Assembly (NCBI GenBank): GCA_964466955.1
Contig: CAYXQR010000106.1
Location: forward strand, 3,354-67,353
Direction of reading: 5' to 3'
Origin: an uncultured Nitrosospira sp.
GTDB lineage: Bacteria > Pseudomonadota > Gammaproteobacteria > Burkholderiales > Nitrosomonadaceae
Length of the DNA stretch: 64,000 bases
Part shown: positions 62,258 through 64,000 of the stretch, in pieces
Position numbering within the stretch: the first letter of the stretch is position 1
How the letters are laid out: every line of letters begins with the position of its first letter
Notes under the pieces: generated by a model
Told to the model about the DNA's origin: nothing
Seen by the model: only the letters and a program-made list of their open reading frames with translations
Database searches by the model: none
Translations under genes and position numbers: made by a program

Positions 62258-63054
62258 CAGCTCATTCCTCTGAACATGAAGGAAGTCAGAATAAAATCAA
62301 GTCCCAGAATCGCGAGTGACGAAGTCACGACGGTGCGGGTGGTAGCTCCTGAAACCCCCTCCGCCGTAGGCATCGCATCGTAGCCCTCGAACACGGCGAT
62401 TGCTGTCACGGCCACTCCGAAAACACAGCTTTTGATGACTCCATTGACCACGTCAAACCGGAAATCCACTGCATTCTGCATCTGCGACCAGAAAGATCCC
62501 TCGTCGACGCCGATCAGTACGACCGCCACCAGATATCCGCCAAATACCCCGATAGCGGAAAATAATGCCGCCAGAAGCGGCATCGAAATCACTCCGGCCC
62601 AGAAACGGGGAGCAACCACGCGCGCAATCGGATCCACCGCCATCATTTCCATGGCGGCTAACTGCTCGGTTGCCTTCATCAGGCCGATTTCGGCGGTAAT
62701 GGCGGAGCCGGCCCGGCTGGCAAATAACAGCGCGGCGACGACCGGTCCCAGCTCCCGCAGCAGGGATAAGGCGACCATTGTGCCGACGGCCGATTCAGCC
62801 CCATACCTCTGCAAGGTTTCGTAGCCCTGCAATCCAAGCACCATCCCGACAAAAAGCCCGGACACCACAATGATGATCAGGGACAGTACGCCCGTAAAAT
62901 AAAGCTCGCGGATGGTCAGGCTGAAACGCCTGAAGCTGGTGCCGGACTTCAGCAGGACCAGCAGAAAGAAGCGGCTCGCGTAGCCCAGGCGCCAGATACT
63001 ATCGATTACCCGATGACCGACATCACGAATGCCGATGACGATACGTCTAGGCAA
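62257..63054 (-). CDS. mlaE: ABC permease MlaE
   Basis: [31 protein letters not shown] and TTRTVV. Confidence 0.95.
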   Translation of the reverse strand: MPRRIVIGIRDVGHRVIDSIWRLGYASRFFLLVLLKSGTSFRRFSLTIRELYFTGVLSLIIIVVSGLFVGMVLGLQGYETLQRYGAESAVGTMVALSLLRELGPVVAALLFASRAGSAITAEIGLMKATEQLAAMEMMAVDPIARVVAPRFWAGVISMPLLAALFSAIGVFGGYLVAVVLIGVDEGSFWSQMQNAVDFRFDVVNGVIKSCVFGVAVTAIAVFEGYDAMPTAEGVSGATTRTVVTSSLAILGLDFILTSFMFRGMS

Positions 63055-63859
63055 AACCGCTCTCCAGGTTCAGATCGCGTGCGTAAGGATCCGCCGGATA
63101 ATGAAATGAGACGGGACCGTCTTCTTCGCCATGTACGAACTGATGCACGAACGGGGCAACGGACCGACGCACTTCATCTGGCGTGCCATGCGCTGCGATC
63201 ACGCCCTCCGAAATGAAATACACATAGTCGACGATCTTGAGTGATTCCTGCACATCGTGCGTCACCACGATTGAGGTAATGCCTAAGGCATCGGTCAGGC
63301 GACGTATCAGGCTGCCTATCACCGTGAGCGAAATCGGGTCGAGCCCGGTAAAAGGTTCATCATACATGATAAGCAGCGGATCGAGCGCGATGGCGCGGGC
63401 AAGTGCGACGCGACGCGCCATTCCACCGGAGAGTTGCGCCGGCATCAGAGCATGAGCGCCGCGCAGTCCGACGGCTTGCAGCTTCATGAGCACCAGATCG
63501 CGCACCATGGACTCCGGCAGATCGGTATGTTCGCGCATCTGAAATGCCACATTGTCGAAAACCGAAAGATCGGTAAACAGCGCGCCGAACTGAAACAGCA
63601 TGCTCATCTTGCGGCGAAGATGAAAAAGTTCATCTCTTTTCAGCTCATGCACGACCTGGCCTGCGAAATTGACGTAGCCGGCCGAAGGCCGCACGGCTCC
63701 GCCGATCAGACGCAGCAACGTGGTTTTTCCGCTGCCGCTGCCTCCCATGATGGCGATGACTTTTCCGCGCTCCATGGTCATGTCAATTCCTTTCAGAATC
63801 GCACGTGCCCCGTAGGAGAATTTCAGATCCCTGATCTCGATCAGTGTCTCGGATGACAT
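63047..63859 (-). CDS. mlaF: ABC ATPase MlaF
   Basis: [40 protein letters not shown]. Confidence 0.95.
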   Translation of the reverse strand: MSSETLIEIRDLKFSYGARAILKGIDMTMERGKVIAIMGGSGSGKTTLLRLIGGAVRPSAGYVNFAGQVVHELKRDELFHLRRKMSMLFQFGALFTDLSVFDNVAFQMREHTDLPESMVRDLVLMKLQAVGLRGAHALMPAQLSGGMARRVALARAIALDPLLIMYDEPFTGLDPISLTVIGSLIRRLTDALGITSIVVTHDVQESLKIVDYVYFISEGVIAAHGTPDEVRRSVAPFVHQFVHGEEDGPVSFHYPADPYARDLNLESGFA

Positions 63860-63890
63860 ATTTTGGTGATGCCGCGCTAGCAGGACCCTG

Positions 63891-63909
63891 ATTTTAGTGC
63901 AATTGCACT
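63891..63909 (-). promoter_or_regulatory. 14-bp perfect palindrome abutting a -10-like hexamer upstream of mlaF
   Basis: AGTGCAATTGCACT (63896-63909). On the minus strand TAAAAT (63896-63891) overlaps its last base. Confidence 0.45.
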
Positions 63910-64000
63910 TTTAACACAGCCCGGAAATATCGCTTGCCCGGAATGGGACTGTAGTACAAGGAATAAACAGGTGCAATGGTGAACGCAGCGCTGTCCTCAG

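Overview
A 64-kb stretch of core betaproteobacterial chromosome. Gene order and protein style suggest a Nitrosospira-like ammonia oxidiser; this is inferred, not searched. It holds about 63 intact CDS: an OprO/P porin, DUF748 and DUF2784 proteins, a TauE-family exporter, cutA-dsbD-tlpA, hemCDXY/ppc, miaB-phoH-ybeY-corC, uup, two c-type cytochromes, pyrD-rnfB-nth, aat-bpt, yebC-ruvCAB-ybgC-tolQRAB-pal-cpoB-queEC, thiO, dnaE, yggS, an M16 peptidase pair with rsmD-coaD-yfhL, ftsYEX-rpoH, and mlaFEDCB-yadGH-bolA. There is one complete IS5-family element (5828-7036, CTAG duplication) and one tRNA-Lys(UUU). I found no CRISPR array, prophage, intein or clearly novel multi-gene system. The best leads are small. 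ruvC has no canonical start codon upstream of its first catalytic Asp and probably starts at ATC. A short family-I pyrophosphatase-like protein has an altered substrate pocket. A stand-alone lipoprotein made of 42-aa TPRs sits between pyrD and bpt. An AT-rich orphan islet follows the tRNA. The IS insertion splits a probable extended -10 promoter. A four-unit Pho box precedes the porin. TolA carries a nested tandem repeat.
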